The position numbers and the translations under genes were made by a program. From positions 46,966-110,965 of the IMG/VR virus record IMGVR_UViG_3300013121_000041: DNA of 64,000 nt; one strand, given 5' to 3'. This DNA comes from a virus. Lineage: Duplodnaviria; Caudoviricetes. Below, piece after piece: positions 1-10,105 of the stretch. The notes beneath the pieces are model-generated. The model ran no database searches. It had not been told where the DNA came from and was given only the letters and a program-made list of their open reading frames with translations. The stretch's first letter is position 1, and every line of letters begins with the position of its first letter.

Positions 1-9
1 TCCTTTTGC

Positions 10-2436
10 ATGGAGTTACCAATGTCCGACAAAATCGTCCCCCTTCCGCAAAACGCCGAATACCGGTCGCTTTATCCCGGTCTAGGTCAGGCCGTCGCTG
101 AAAGGACGATCCTGCGAAAGGGTGTGGACGGGGTTTTGGAAAATTGGGGAGAGGTCGCCCATCGGGTGGCCCTCGGCAATTCACTCCTCTGTCGCGATCT
201 ACAGGAACAGGCGAAGGAATATCAACTTCTTCGCAAGCACATCGCCAACGGGACGACGTTGATGAGCGGCCGTCACCTACAGCACGGTGATGAAACGCAG
301 CCGACGCGAACGGCCGACGTTTTCGTGAATTGCGCCACGTCGGCGACGAGTTTTTCGGCGTTCCTGTTATTGCTGTCCGGCGCTGGTGTCGGGAGGTCGT
401 ATGACGACGACATGATGCTCGTCGATTGGAATAATATGCCGAACCTTCGCGTCGTACTGTCACACACGCACGGAGATTTCGATTGGAGTGCTAATGAGAG
501 CGTTCGTGATGCCCTGCACAAATACGGTCCGCACTCGAAGCACGTGATGTGGTTCGAAGTGCCGGACACGCGCGAGGGATGGGCACAGGCCCTCGAAGTT
601 CTTGAAGTGGCGGCGTTCGAAAAAATTCATAAGGACAAGATGTTGATCTTGGATTTTTCGAACGTCCGACCGAAGGGATCGCCGATCGCCGGAATGCAGG
701 GGCGTCCGGCGTCCGGTCCGATCCCGCTGATGAACGCCTTCATGAAGATCGCCTCGATCAAGGGCGTTGGCTATGAACCTTGGCGACAGGCGATGTACGT
801 CGACCACTATGCGGCGGAGTGCGTTCTCGTTGGTGGTGCCCGTCGCGCCGCCCGCATGTCCACAAAGTTCTGGAAGGATAAGAACGTCGTCGATTTCATC
901 GGGGTCAAGAGGCCGATCGAGTTTGAGGGCAAGTCTCTCGACGAGATCGTCGAATATCGACGGGACAATCCCCCGGCGTTCGGCTTCCTCTGGTCATCGA
1001 ACAATTCAGTCACCGTCGACGAAGAATTTTGGAAGCTCGTCGATCTAAAGAGGACGGACGACGCCTACAATTCCGAGATCGCCAAGCACGCTCGCAAGGT
1101 CTGGAATGAGTTGACGAAGTGTGCGTTCGCCGACGGGACCGGTGAGCCGGGGATCATCAACGTGGACAAATTGGTCCGCAATGATGAGGGTTGGAACGAG
1201 ATGATCGGCGACGGCAATTTCATCGGATCGAAGAAGTACCACATTCGCGAAGAGACGGAACTGTATTTGAAGCGTCTCGCCAAGAGGGCCAAGGCGAAGC
1301 GTTATCCGATGATCGTTAATCCATGCAGTGAAGTGGCCCTCTCATTGCTCAGTGGATTTTGCGTCATCGCCGACGTCGTCCCGTTTCACGCCAACGATTT
1401 GTCCGACGCCGAGGAAGCGTTTCGCACGGTGACGCGGGCGCTGATCCGCGTGAATACGATGGATTCCATCTATCATCGTGAGGTCAAACGCACGAACCGA
1501 ATCGGCGTCGGGATGACCGGCGTTCATGAGTTTGCGTGGAAGTTTTTCGGCGTTGGTTTCCGCGATCTCATCGATCCAGATTTTGATGGGTTTGGTCAGG
1601 TGTGTGTAGAGACGTTCGAAGATGAAGGGAAAACCGTATCCGAAGTTATCTCCGATGTGACGAAACGAGTTCTCGCGGGTGAAAAATCCGGGTTGTCAGA
1701 TCGACAGATGGCGGCGGCATTTTGGCACACGCTTGAGAAATTTAACGCGGCCGTGAATGAGGAGGCGGAAGAATATTCGAAGAAACTCGGGATGACAATT
1801 CCGCATACAATTACTGTAATAAAACCGGCTGGCTCGGTTTCGAAGTTATTCGGCTTGACCGAAGGGTGGCACCTTCCATCGATGAAGTTTTACATGCGGT
1901 GGGTGCAATTTCGCCACGACGATCCGTTGATCGAAGTGCATCGGGCGAACGGTTATCCGGTCAAGGAGTTGAAGACGTATTCTGGGACGACGATCGTCGG
2001 TTTCCCGACCGCACCGACACTTTCAACGATCATGCCGGAAGATCGTCTTGTGACGGCGGCTGAGGCGACGCCGGAAGAACAGTACGAGTGGTTGCGCCTC
2101 GGGGAGCGATACTGGATTCGTGGTTATGGTGACGTTGATCGTGGCAATCAGATTTCATTCACACTTCACTACGACGCGAAAATAGTCGATCATAAAACGT
2201 TCAAGGATACGTTGCGGAAGCATCAGCGGACGGTGAAATGTTGTTCCGTCATGCCGAAGGGAGATTCATCGTCCTATGAATATCTGCCGGAGGAGATGAT
2301 CTCCAAGGCCGAATATGAGGCCGTGGCACAGGCCATCGTCAATTCTGGTGTGACGGAAGACGTCGGGTTCGAGCATGTGGACTGTTCGACGGGGGCGTGT
2401 CCGATTTCGTGGAAGGACGACGCGGCGTCAGCCTAG
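10..2436 (+). CDS. nrdJ: Class II (adenosylcobalamin-dependent) ribonucleotide reductase
   Basis: NC.., GAGVG, GGARRAA, GEPG, NPCSE, RIGVGMTG and KPAGSVS motifs, C-terminal CxxGACP; no nrdB adjacent; start may be 22. Confidence 0.9.
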   Translation: MELPMSDKIVPLPQNAEYRSLYPGLGQAVAERTILRKGVDGVLENWGEVAHRVALGNSLLCRDLQEQAKEYQLLRKHIANGTTLMSGRHLQHGDETQPTRTADVFVNCATSATSFSAFLLLLSGAGVGRSYDDDMMLVDWNNMPNLRVVLSHTHGDFDWSANESVRDALHKYGPHSKHVMWFEVPDTREGWAQALEVLEVAAFEKIHKDKMLILDFSNVRPKGSPIAGMQGRPASGPIPLMNAFMKIASIKGVGYEPWRQAMYVDHYAAECVLVGGARRAARMSTKFWKDKNVVDFIGVKRPIEFEGKSLDEIVEYRRDNPPAFGFLWSSNNSVTVDEEFWKLVDLKRTDDAYNSEIAKHARKVWNELTKCAFADGTGEPGIINVDKLVRNDEGWNEMIGDGNFIGSKKYHIREETELYLKRLAKRAKAKRYPMIVNPCSEVALSLLSGFCVIADVVPFHANDLSDAEEAFRTVTRALIRVNTMDSIYHREVKRTNRIGVGMTGVHEFAWKFFGVGFRDLIDPDFDGFGQVCVETFEDEGKTVSEVISDVTKRVLAGEKSGLSDRQMAAAFWHTLEKFNAAVNEEAEEYSKKLGMTIPHTITVIKPAGSVSKLFGLTEGWHLPSMKFYMRWVQFRHDDPLIEVHRANGYPVKELKTYSGTTIVGFPTAPTLSTIMPEDRLVTAAEATPEEQYEWLRLGERYWIRGYGDVDRGNQISFTLHYDAKIVDHKTFKDTLRKHQRTVKCCSVMPKGDSSSYEYLPEEMISKAEYEAVAQAIVNSGVTEDVGFEHVDCSTGACPISWKDDAASA

Positions 2437-2928
2437 GAGATCGCCGAAATTTTTAGCGATGGCCCGGCCATCGACGATCCGCTGCGTCTGCGTTCGATAT
2501 TTTCCGATCGCATCGTTGTACCAACGGCCGTCGATGAGGGAGACGTGGGCAAACTGATACCGTAATTCGGTGAAATTGGTGTCGCCGCGCGTTAGGTGGA
2601 GCGAGAGGATGTGGCGTTCGTATTCGGACGCCCCATTCTTCTCGATGTCACTTTTCAGGCGGGTACTGGAACCCCAATAGGTCTTCCAATCTGACTCCTT
2701 CCTCGTTCGCCTCCTGTCGGTTTTTTTCTTTCGAACGACGTTGTAGAAATACTTCCGACCGATGTACCGGCGGCCGGTTTCCTTGTGAAGGATGAGGTAG
2801 ACGAAGCCTTCGAAATCCCCGATTTGGTCTTCGGTGAAGGGGACACCACCGTACAGCCACGGCGGTTCGACGGCGTCAATCTTCTTCAATTTCTTCGTCC
2901 TTTTCGACGAACGTTTCGTTCGAATCAT
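2428..2928 (-). CDS. GIY-YIG family nuclease
   Basis: GFVYLI..RRYIGRK motif, ESDWKTYWGSS, WYN; start uncertain. Confidence 0.75.
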   Translation of the reverse strand: MIRTKRSSKRTKKLKKIDAVEPPWLYGGVPFTEDQIGDFEGFVYLILHKETGRRYIGRKYFYNVVRKKKTDRRRTRKESDWKTYWGSSTRLKSDIEKNGASEYERHILSLHLTRGDTNFTELRYQFAHVSLIDGRWYNDAIGKYRTQTQRIVDGRAIAKNFGDLLG

Positions 2929-3043
2929 CTAGAGAAATTCCACAAAAGGGGCACCAATCCGGCGTTTCCACTTCATTTTCGGACTTCCACGATACCGTGT
3001 ATTCGTAGGAGCCGCAGGGACATTCGACGGTCCTTTTCTTCAT
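2876..3043 (-). CDS. Small zinc-ribbon protein (55 aa, not in ORF track)
   Basis: Manual translation MKKRTVECPCGSYEY...WCPFCG...acidic tail. Confidence 0.6.
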   Translation of the reverse strand: MKKRTVECPCGSYEYTVSWKSENEVETPDWCPFCGISLDDSNETFVEKDEEIEED

Positions 3044-3105
3044 CTGTTGACTTTACTCCATTTATGGGTCAGAATCCCTTTACTTATAATTTTCAGGAGA
3101 TTGCC

Positions 3106-3381
3106 GTGGCCTCGTCAGCGTCGTTCGCCGCCAATACCGTCTTCAAAATCGAATACGGTGATTCCGTAGCCGTTTTGGACCTCGATGAGGTTTCGATGAT
3201 CGTCTGTACCGACACGGCGTTCATCGTCTATTTCAAGACGGGACAGGAATTCGAGATTACGATTGAGGAGATCGAGGTACGGGAATATTTCAATACGGCG
3301 GTGAAGGATATGTATTCAAGAATGAAGAAACGTCGGGAGATCGACGTTGAAAATTTCGGAAAATTCATCGTTGGAGGTTGA
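3106..3381 (+). CDS. Hypothetical protein
   Basis: GTG start after AGGAG; 3' part of ORF 2785..3381. Confidence 0.5.
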   Translation: MASSASFAANTVFKIEYGDSVAVLDLDEVSMIVCTDTAFIVYFKTGQEFEITIEEIEVREYFNTAVKDMYSRMKKRREIDVENFGKFIVGG

Positions 3382-3734
3382 CCGTGCGTGTTATTATCGC
3401 TGGTTCTCGCTGGATCGGTGATCAGCGTTTCGTTGATGAAGCTGTGAGCGAGAGTGGTTTCACCATCGACACCGTCGTTTCTGGTGGTGCCCGTGGCGTC
3501 GACCGTCTAGGTGAGCGCTGGTCGAAGGTTAATGGGACGAAGCTGTCCGTATTCCCCGCTGATTGGGCGAAGTACGGGAACGCCGCAGGGCCTATCCGTA
3601 ATCGTCAGATGGGCGATTATGCCGATGCCCTGATCGCAGTCTGGGACGGTAAGTCTTCGGGGACGAAGGACATGATCGATTACATGAAGAAATTGGGCAA
3701 GCCGGTGTACGTCAAGGTGATGGGTGATAGATGA
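3378..3734 (+). CDS. SLOG/YspA-like (DUF2493) protein
   Basis: IIAGSR, VSGGARGVD, AGPIRNRQM, WDGKSSGTKDMI. Confidence 0.85.
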   Translation: MTVRVIIAGSRWIGDQRFVDEAVSESGFTIDTVVSGGARGVDRLGERWSKVNGTKLSVFPADWAKYGNAAGPIRNRQMGDYADALIAVWDGKSSGTKDMIDYMKKLGKPVYVKVMGDR

Positions 3735-3893
3735 TTGACGCCGACGAAGCGACCGTCATTTTTGGATCGCCTGCCGGTGGGGTCGTGCGTGTGATGCCGG
3801 TGATGTTGCCGTTTCCGTCGGAGTCGTGTCTGACGATCGCCGTCATGGATTCAGATGGAAACGTGACGATACGAACGGAAGTTCCGAAGGGCG

Positions 3894-4436
3894 ATGACGA
3901 TGACGAAGGTCATTAACTTCAGCGGTGGCCCGGCCGCTGGTAAGACGACGATGGCAGCCGAACTTTTCGGCCACATGAAGCGAAATCGTCTTAACGTCGA
4001 GTACGTTTCAGAATTTGCCAAAGACTTGGTGTGGCGATCGTCGAATTCTTTGGAAGATCAGGTTTACGTTTTCGGACAGCAACATCATCGTCTGTACATG
4101 TTACTAAATCGCGTTGATTGGATCATCACAGACTCCCCCCTTTTCCTATCGGCGTTTTACGTGTCGGGAGCGATGGGAAAATTTGGTCATAAATTGGATG
4201 AATGGAAGGACGAATTTTCCAACGTCGTCTTTCACACTTTCAATCTATATGAAAATCTAAATTTTTTCGTCGATCGTGTTGGCCGTAAATTCATTCAGGC
4301 TGGTCGCAACGAAGACGAGGAAACGTCGAAGTCGTATGACGTTAAAATACGACGTATGATGGACGATCGGGGCATACCGTACACGGTCGTCCGCACCGTC
4401 GAAGAGGTCGTAGATCGAATCGGTCCGGTGATTTAA
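3894..4436 (+). CDS. P-loop NTPase / NadR-like nucleotide kinase (AAA_28)
   Basis: Walker A GGPAAGKTT, EFAKDL, ITDSP. Confidence 0.8.
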   Translation: MTMTKVINFSGGPAAGKTTMAAELFGHMKRNRLNVEYVSEFAKDLVWRSSNSLEDQVYVFGQQHHRLYMLLNRVDWIITDSPLFLSAFYVSGAMGKFGHKLDEWKDEFSNVVFHTFNLYENLNFFVDRVGRKFIQAGRNEDEETSKSYDVKIRRMMDDRGIPYTVVRTVEEVVDRIGPVI

Positions 4437-4452
4437 TTCAACAGGAGATAAC

Positions 4453-4755
4453 GTGAAACAGAAAGCAAAATCTAGGCGCTTCGATCCGAGAACGAGTCGG
4501 GCCGCCGCCCGTTCCGTCAGGGACGATACCGTCACCCGTCTTGAGGGCATGATTCACAAGGCCATCGCCAAGCGCGGTAAGAAGGGGGCCACTTGGGACG
4601 AGGTTCATCGTCTCACGAAAATCGACAAGGCGTCGATCTCCCCACGCTTCAAGCCGATGCGTGACAAGGGTCTTATTTTCGCCAAGGAAGACGACGGCGG
4701 TCCGATCAAGCGTCCGGGAAATTCCGGTCGTGGTCAGATCGTCTGGTTTGCCTGA
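4453..4755 (+). CDS. Winged-helix DNA-binding protein
   Basis: DPRTSRAAA, SISPRFKPM..KGLI, SGRGQIVW pattern; AGGAG RBS. Confidence 0.55.
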   Translation: MKQKAKSRRFDPRTSRAAARSVRDDTVTRLEGMIHKAIAKRGKKGATWDEVHRLTKIDKASISPRFKPMRDKGLIFAKEDDGGPIKRPGNSGRGQIVWFA

Positions 4756-4788
4756 TCATCGTCAAGATTTGCCTGATCATCGTCAAGA
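4747..4788. repeat. Perfect 21-bp tandem duplication tttgcctgatcatcgtcaaga x2
   Basis: Directly visible. Confidence 0.9.
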
Positions 4789-5035
4789 TGGGTCGTGGCG
4801 TTCGTTACGACCCATCGCAACTCAAGGAGATCGCGATGTACTATGTGATGAACGATGATAATGTGTCGTCATGGTCGGACGAAGTTTTAGATAAGGCCGA
4901 GATGTTCGAACGGGAAGAGGCGGCCGTGGCGCGGGCCAAAGCATTGTCGAAGGATTGCCCCGGTAAGGAATTTTTCGTCGCCAAACGGATCGCGCGGATT
5001 TTCACACCGATCGGCGATACGATGGTCGGCGTCGT

Positions 5036-5851
5036 ATGAGACTTTTCGTTGGGGTATCTCCCGATGGACAGGATGCGGAATCGCAGGCGGTCCTTGAGTG
5101 GACCGTCAGGAAATGGTCGTCCGTTCCGATTGACATCGTCTGGATGACCGTTTCCCGCGATCCGAATTCTTTCTGGTATTCGGAACCGGAGAAGGGGGCC
5201 GGGTGGCAGACGCAGCTTTGGTCGACGCCCTTCTCTGGATTTCGTTGGGCGATACCGGAGTTTTGCGGTTTCGAAGGCCGGGCGATGTATTGTGACTCCG
5301 ATTTTATCTTCATGGCCGATGTTGCCGAATTGTGGCGACAGCCGATGAAAGGGAAAGTCGTCATTGCCAAGGGCGGGGACAACGGCTGGCGTTTTTGTTC
5401 CTGTCTGTGGGATTGTGCGGCGGCGAAGGGTCACGTCCTTCCGTTGGCGGCATTGAAGAAGGCTGATGGACATCGTCGGATGATCGCCCATTTCAGTGGT
5501 AATCGGGATTTGGTGGAACCTTTCATCGGAAACTGGAATTGTGTTGACGTGGAGGGTTACGAGGACGTCCTCGATCCTGAAATCAAGGCACATCATTATT
5601 CGTCCATGAACCATCAGTTGCACGTCAAACATGCCCTCCCCCGTCTCACCGCAGAAGGACGGAGACACTGGTTCGATGGTGTCGTCACCCCTCATTGGCG
5701 GGAGGATTATCAGAAGTTGTTCGACGACCTTCTGGTTGAAGCCACTGAAAATGGATACGGCATCGAACGTTACACTGCCGTCGAGCCTTACGGTAAACAG
5801 ATCAAGTTGACGCAGGCCGACTATCGTCATGCACATGAATGGGTCAAATGA
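5036..5851 (+). CDS. Glycosyltransferase, GT-A fold
   Basis: STPFSGFRWAIP, AMYCDSDFIF (DxD), WN, HY. Confidence 0.75.
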   Translation: MRLFVGVSPDGQDAESQAVLEWTVRKWSSVPIDIVWMTVSRDPNSFWYSEPEKGAGWQTQLWSTPFSGFRWAIPEFCGFEGRAMYCDSDFIFMADVAELWRQPMKGKVVIAKGGDNGWRFCSCLWDCAAAKGHVLPLAALKKADGHRRMIAHFSGNRDLVEPFIGNWNCVDVEGYEDVLDPEIKAHHYSSMNHQLHVKHALPRLTAEGRRHWFDGVVTPHWREDYQKLFDDLLVEATENGYGIERYTAVEPYGKQIKLTQADYRHAHEWVK

Positions 5852-6005
5852 TGAAACTCCCCATCGAAGATCGTTTTGTTCGTATGGCCGATGAAGAGGA
5901 TTTGGATCGACGGTGGCCGTTCGACACTCCAATCGTCATCCGCGAATTGCGTGAGTTGAGTTTTTGGGATAAGGTGAGACTGACGTTGATCATTTGGAGG
6001 GCATC

Positions 6006-6470
6006 GTGAAATCAAAGTTCAAGGTCTATCTCGCCGGGGCCATCTCAGGACAATCGTGGGGTGTTTCGACGGACTGGCGCAATGACGCCGTCCGCCTTCT
6101 CGATGATTACAGTGGTGGTCGTATTGAGGGGTACTCGCCTTTGAGGGCGAAGGATTTTCTCAAGAGCGTCGACGCCATTGCCGATAGTTACGCCGATCAT
6201 CCGTTGGCTACGTCCAGAGGGATCATGACGCGCGACCATTACGACTGTCAATCCGCCGATCTGGTTTTCGTTAATCTCTCGGGGGCCAGCAAGGTTTCCA
6301 TCGGTACGGTGATGGAAATCGCGTGGGCATATGCCTATCGAACGCCGATCATCATGGTGCGCGATGAGAGCGGGGCGCACGATCATGCGATGATCAACGA
6401 GGCCGTCTGTTATTGGGCCGATGACGTTGAAGATGCCTGTGCCCTCGCTGCGAAGATATTGTTGCCCTGA
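6006..6470 (+). CDS. Nucleoside 2-deoxyribosyltransferase / nucleotide N-glycosidase family
   Basis: VYLAGAI, RDHYD..ADL, SIGTVMEIAWAY. Confidence 0.8.
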   Translation: MKSKFKVYLAGAISGQSWGVSTDWRNDAVRLLDDYSGGRIEGYSPLRAKDFLKSVDAIADSYADHPLATSRGIMTRDHYDCQSADLVFVNLSGASKVSIGTVMEIAWAYAYRTPIIMVRDESGAHDHAMINEAVCYWADDVEDACALAAKILLP

Positions 6471-6721
6471 TGCCGTACATCAAAGAGGAAGATCGTGAAC
6501 GACTCGCGTCCGGGTTGCCGATGTTGCAACCCGGAGAGTTGAATTACGCCATCACGATGCTCGTCGATGAATATATAAAGACGCACGGCGAGAGTTATCG
6601 AATTTTCAACGACGTCATCGGGGCGCTCGAATGTTCGAAACTTGAGGTCTATCGTCGTCTGATTGCTCCTTATGAAAATGGGAAGATCGAGGAAAATGGA
6701 GACGTGTTCGATGACCGATGA
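6470..6721 (+). CDS. Conserved phage hypothetical protein
   Basis: MPYI..R, GELNYAIT, GALECSKLEVYRR..PYE..KIEENGDV. Confidence 0.65.
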   Translation: MPYIKEEDRERLASGLPMLQPGELNYAITMLVDEYIKTHGESYRIFNDVIGALECSKLEVYRRLIAPYENGKIEENGDVFDDR

Positions 6722-7085
6722 TCACATTAAGTTAATCGATGAAGTTACGAAGGATCACCCTCCGGTAAAGGATGGGTATGTTAGAATCTACGAGGACCAC
6801 ACGTATCGCTATTATACGGATTTCACAAAGGAAGAAATTCAGACGATGGTGGACGATCCTCTGTACAAACTTTTACAGGAAGAAATTACGAAAGTGATTA
6901 ATGAGGAAATCATCAAGAAGATGATGGGTGTGAATGATGAAAAAGTTTGATTTCGAGAAACATCTATACAGACAGCGTGAATTTTCCGAGAGAACTTTTG
7001 GTCCCGGAGCGAGGACCGCTGGCGTCGTCGATTGGAGAACGGCACCCGCTGATAAGGCGATCGAACATGTCGACGATGGTGCACG

Positions 7086-7829
7086 ATGAAACCGACGTTG
7101 TACGCCGCCTGTGATTTTTCATATTTTTGTGATCATGGTTACGCTCTGGCGAAGTCGGCGGCCGATAACAACATGAAGATCGTCATCGAAATGTTCCCGA
7201 CGCTCGACGGTGATTATGTTTCCATGTTCGACCGCTTCTTCGCCAATTGGGTGACGAAACGCGACGAAGCCATATTTGAACACGTCGATCTGCGTGGGGC
7301 CGACGAGAAATTATTCACCGATCTTCTCACGACACTGACGATCGAAGATCGTAGGGCATTTTACGCCTGCTATCGTTTTCTCGCTGCCCCGAGGTGGTTG
7401 CACGACGACGACAACATCCTCATCATCGATGCTGATTCGATCATTCGAAATCCCGTTGAGTTGCCGGACGGTTTCGACCTAGGTCTGTATCTTCGTGAGG
7501 GTAATGTCGTCGGTGCTAACACGTGGGAAGTCGAGGGGATGAAGGTCGCCGCCGGGGCCGTGTTCTTGACGCGGCGGGCGTCGGCGTTCGCCGTCGACGT
7601 CGCCAATCACATCATCTATAATCCGGTCAAATGGTTCGCAGATCAGGCCGCCCTTTGGGCTGCCTACGGCAAATACAAGGATACGTTGAATGTGGTTCGG
7701 CTCGACGAGTTGCCGGTCGTCGATTGGGATTTCATTGATGGGACCATGATCTGGACGGGGAAGGGGCGGAGAAAATTCGATGATCCTAAGTATGTAGCGG
7801 CGAAGGCGACGATCGATGCCCTTGAGTAA
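7086..7829 (+). CDS. Glycosyltransferase, GT-A fold
   Basis: YACYRF, IIDADSII (DxD), WFADQAAL, WTGKG. Confidence 0.7.
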   Translation: MKPTLYAACDFSYFCDHGYALAKSAADNNMKIVIEMFPTLDGDYVSMFDRFFANWVTKRDEAIFEHVDLRGADEKLFTDLLTTLTIEDRRAFYACYRFLAAPRWLHDDDNILIIDADSIIRNPVELPDGFDLGLYLREGNVVGANTWEVEGMKVAAGAVFLTRRASAFAVDVANHIIYNPVKWFADQAALWAAYGKYKDTLNVVRLDELPVVDWDFIDGTMIWTGKGRRKFDDPKYVAAKATIDALE

Positions 7830-9177
7830 ACGTGATTTCCTGAAAACTGGATTTCTTTCTATCATTGCCGCTCCGTTTATAGGTGGGATGAAACTGCCGC
7901 CAGCACCGTCTCCCGTCGTTGCTCCTCCTCCTCCGTTGCCTTCCGACGTCAATCCCGTTGAAATCGTCGCCAACAAAATTTCACGAGAACAGCGGTATTG
8001 GCGCGAACAAATCATCAAACAGTACGGATCGATGGACGCCTACAAGGCGGAACAGCAGCGGAAGATGTTGGTGTCGTTCGAAGAGGAATATGGTATTCGT
8101 GGTTGTGATGATGGTGCATTGCGATTGATGGATGATGAGACGCGCAAAAAAGCCGAAGCTTTCATGATGGAATATGATGAAAAACTTATGAAAGCAAAGA
8201 TGATGAAGATCGTCGTCAAATTTCCAAAACTGAACGAGCCGTTCAAGAACATCGGTGGTGGCGACCCGTCAAAAAACTATTCACGCGAATCCCTCCCAGA
8301 GATCAGGCGTCATTGGTTCGATTTCCGCACTGCCATCTCATCTCGCGGTGGCGTGACGATCGATGAGCGTCCCCTGTGGCAGTTTGATGGGGATACCTAC
8401 GATCCCAATGTCGTCTATTTGATCCCCCACAAATGCAAGACCGACGGTGCGTTTCCCCCCTCCTGTCTGTTTTATGCACAGACGGTTTTCCCAAATTATT
8501 TTACGATCGATCCAGATGGGTGGGGGGCCGATCTATCGTTCCTTTCCGACAAAAATTTTGGAAAAATGTCGTCCTTGACGACAAAAAAGCTGTCGTTGGC
8601 GGCGTCCGCACGGGAACGCACGTCGTCGGGAAATTCCAAATTCAGTCAGCCAGCAATCCGAGGGAGTATTTCTAAAACTCCCTACATCCTGTTCGTCTGT
8701 CAGATACCGCACGACGAGGCGATCGTCAGATTTTCGAAAGTGTCGGTGGCCGATGCCCTGCGTGATGCGATCCGTCTGTCGCGCGCCGTGGGCATCGACC
8801 TGATCGTCAAGGGCCATCCCGTCAATCCGGGGGCCATGATGCCGTTGTGGGAGATCGCCGCCGCCGCTGGCGTCCGATGGGTCGACGATATATCCATCCA
8901 CGACTGTCTGACGGCACCGTGCGTCGCCGCTTTTATGGTCAATTCTGGTGTGGGGTTTGAGGCCCTTTTGATGGGGGTGCCCGTCTATCATTACGGGCGG
9001 GCGGAATACGCCAAAGTGGCCACGTTCGTTACTCCCGGCGACCTCGGGGATGGATGGTGCCCCACCCCAGTCGTCGATGCTGAGGTGGATATTTTCGTGG
9101 GGTCTTTTCTGGAACGATGTTTCGATGTGAAGGATTTCATCAGTTTTCAACAGGTCGAGAAATTATTCTTGAAATAA
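7816..9177 (+). CDS. KpsS/KpsC-like capsule-synthesis glycosyltransferase with N-terminal Tat-like extension
   Basis: LFVCQIPHD, LIVKGHP, VNSGVGFEALLMGVPV..YG; N-terminus SKRDFLK plus hydrophobic stretch. Confidence 0.7.
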   Translation: MPLSKRDFLKTGFLSIIAAPFIGGMKLPPAPSPVVAPPPPLPSDVNPVEIVANKISREQRYWREQIIKQYGSMDAYKAEQQRKMLVSFEEEYGIRGCDDGALRLMDDETRKKAEAFMMEYDEKLMKAKMMKIVVKFPKLNEPFKNIGGGDPSKNYSRESLPEIRRHWFDFRTAISSRGGVTIDERPLWQFDGDTYDPNVVYLIPHKCKTDGAFPPSCLFYAQTVFPNYFTIDPDGWGADLSFLSDKNFGKMSSLTTKKLSLAASARERTSSGNSKFSQPAIRGSISKTPYILFVCQIPHDEAIVRFSKVSVADALRDAIRLSRAVGIDLIVKGHPVNPGAMMPLWEIAAAAGVRWVDDISIHDCLTAPCVAAFMVNSGVGFEALLMGVPVYHYGRAEYAKVATFVTPGDLGDGWCPTPVVDAEVDIFVGSFLERCFDVKDFISFQQVEKLFLK

Positions 9178-9180
9178 ATA
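9173..9180 (+). promoter_or_regulatory. T4-type late promoter (aataaata)
   Basis: TATAAATA variant immediately before gene start. Confidence 0.55.
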
Positions 9181-9184
9181 GGTG

Positions 9185-10105
9185 ATGCGATTCAGATCAT
9201 TCATCACCGAACGGGCGTCCAAGGACATCACCGAAGTTGAGTTGAGTAACGACGTCTTCGATGCGATCCTGAAACTTCTCGGCGATATTGGCGGTCGCCG
9301 CAGGGACGGTGAGGTGAAGAGGGGGGAGATCACAATCAACGGGAGCCGCGTTCCCGCAATCGTCAGTTTCTTTTCGAACCAAGCGCAGATGAATAGTGTT
9401 TCCGATTCGCCGATGTTCGGCCGTCTGGAAACCGAACCATCGACCGGTTTCATGCACGCAGTTGTCATTAATATTGGCGATCTCATTTCCGTTTCTTTCG
9501 AATACATCACGTCCGGAACGAGAGGTTCGTTCTCCCCGTCAGAACGTCACATTACGCTCAACGTCAATCCCGTGGCGTTCGATTTTGACGATGAGATGGT
9601 GGACGTCGATCGTCTCGTCAAATTCCTTTCGAGAGAGCGAACGATCGTTCGCTCCACGTTCGTTCACGAATTTCAGCATCTCCGTCTGTTCGCCCGTGCT
9701 GTAGGGGCTTTTGATCGTGGTGCGATCACAAAAATCAATGACAAATTGTTCTCGGCGAAGACGGCGGACGATCAACGGGCGGCGTTCGTCGACTATCAGT
9801 CGAACCCAAACGAATTTAACTCACATTACGAACAGATGCTCCACACCATCCTCGATGACGTCCGTCGCATGGTGAACCTCAAGGTTTCACCACCGCGTTT
9901 CGACGAATTGTTCCCGACGCGACACGCCTTCGAAGATTACGTGAAGAAATATCACGTCGCTAAAGTGTTTTTACATGGGTTGAAACCGAATATCGCCGAT
10001 AATTTGGATCGGAGGATACGGGGTCTTTACGACGAACTGTCGAAGGCCGGGGACGGTCCGTCCTTGAAGAAAAAACTGAATGACGGGTTCTTTCGTGGAA
10101 AATGA
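9185..10105 (+). CDS. Putative internal head protein with HExxH motif
   Basis: MRFRSFITE capsid-targeting-like N-terminus; HEFQH. Confidence 0.5.
   Translation: MRFRSFITERASKDITEVELSNDVFDAILKLLGDIGGRRRDGEVKRGEITINGSRVPAIVSFFSNQAQMNSVSDSPMFGRLETEPSTGFMHAVVINIGDLISVSFEYITSGTRGSFSPSERHITLNVNPVAFDFDDEMVDVDRLVKFLSRERTIVRSTFVHEFQHLRLFARAVGAFDRGAITKINDKLFSAKTADDQRAAFVDYQSNPNEFNSHYEQMLHTILDDVRRMVNLKVSPPRFDELFPTRHAFEDYVKKYHVAKVFLHGLKPNIADNLDRRIRGLYDELSKAGDGPSLKKKLNDGFFRGK

Noticed and set aside
4841-5932. Long antisense ORFs (also 41373..42173, 61675..62628 and others)
   Set aside because: Shadows of well-supported sense genes in GC-rich DNA, with no recognisable motifs
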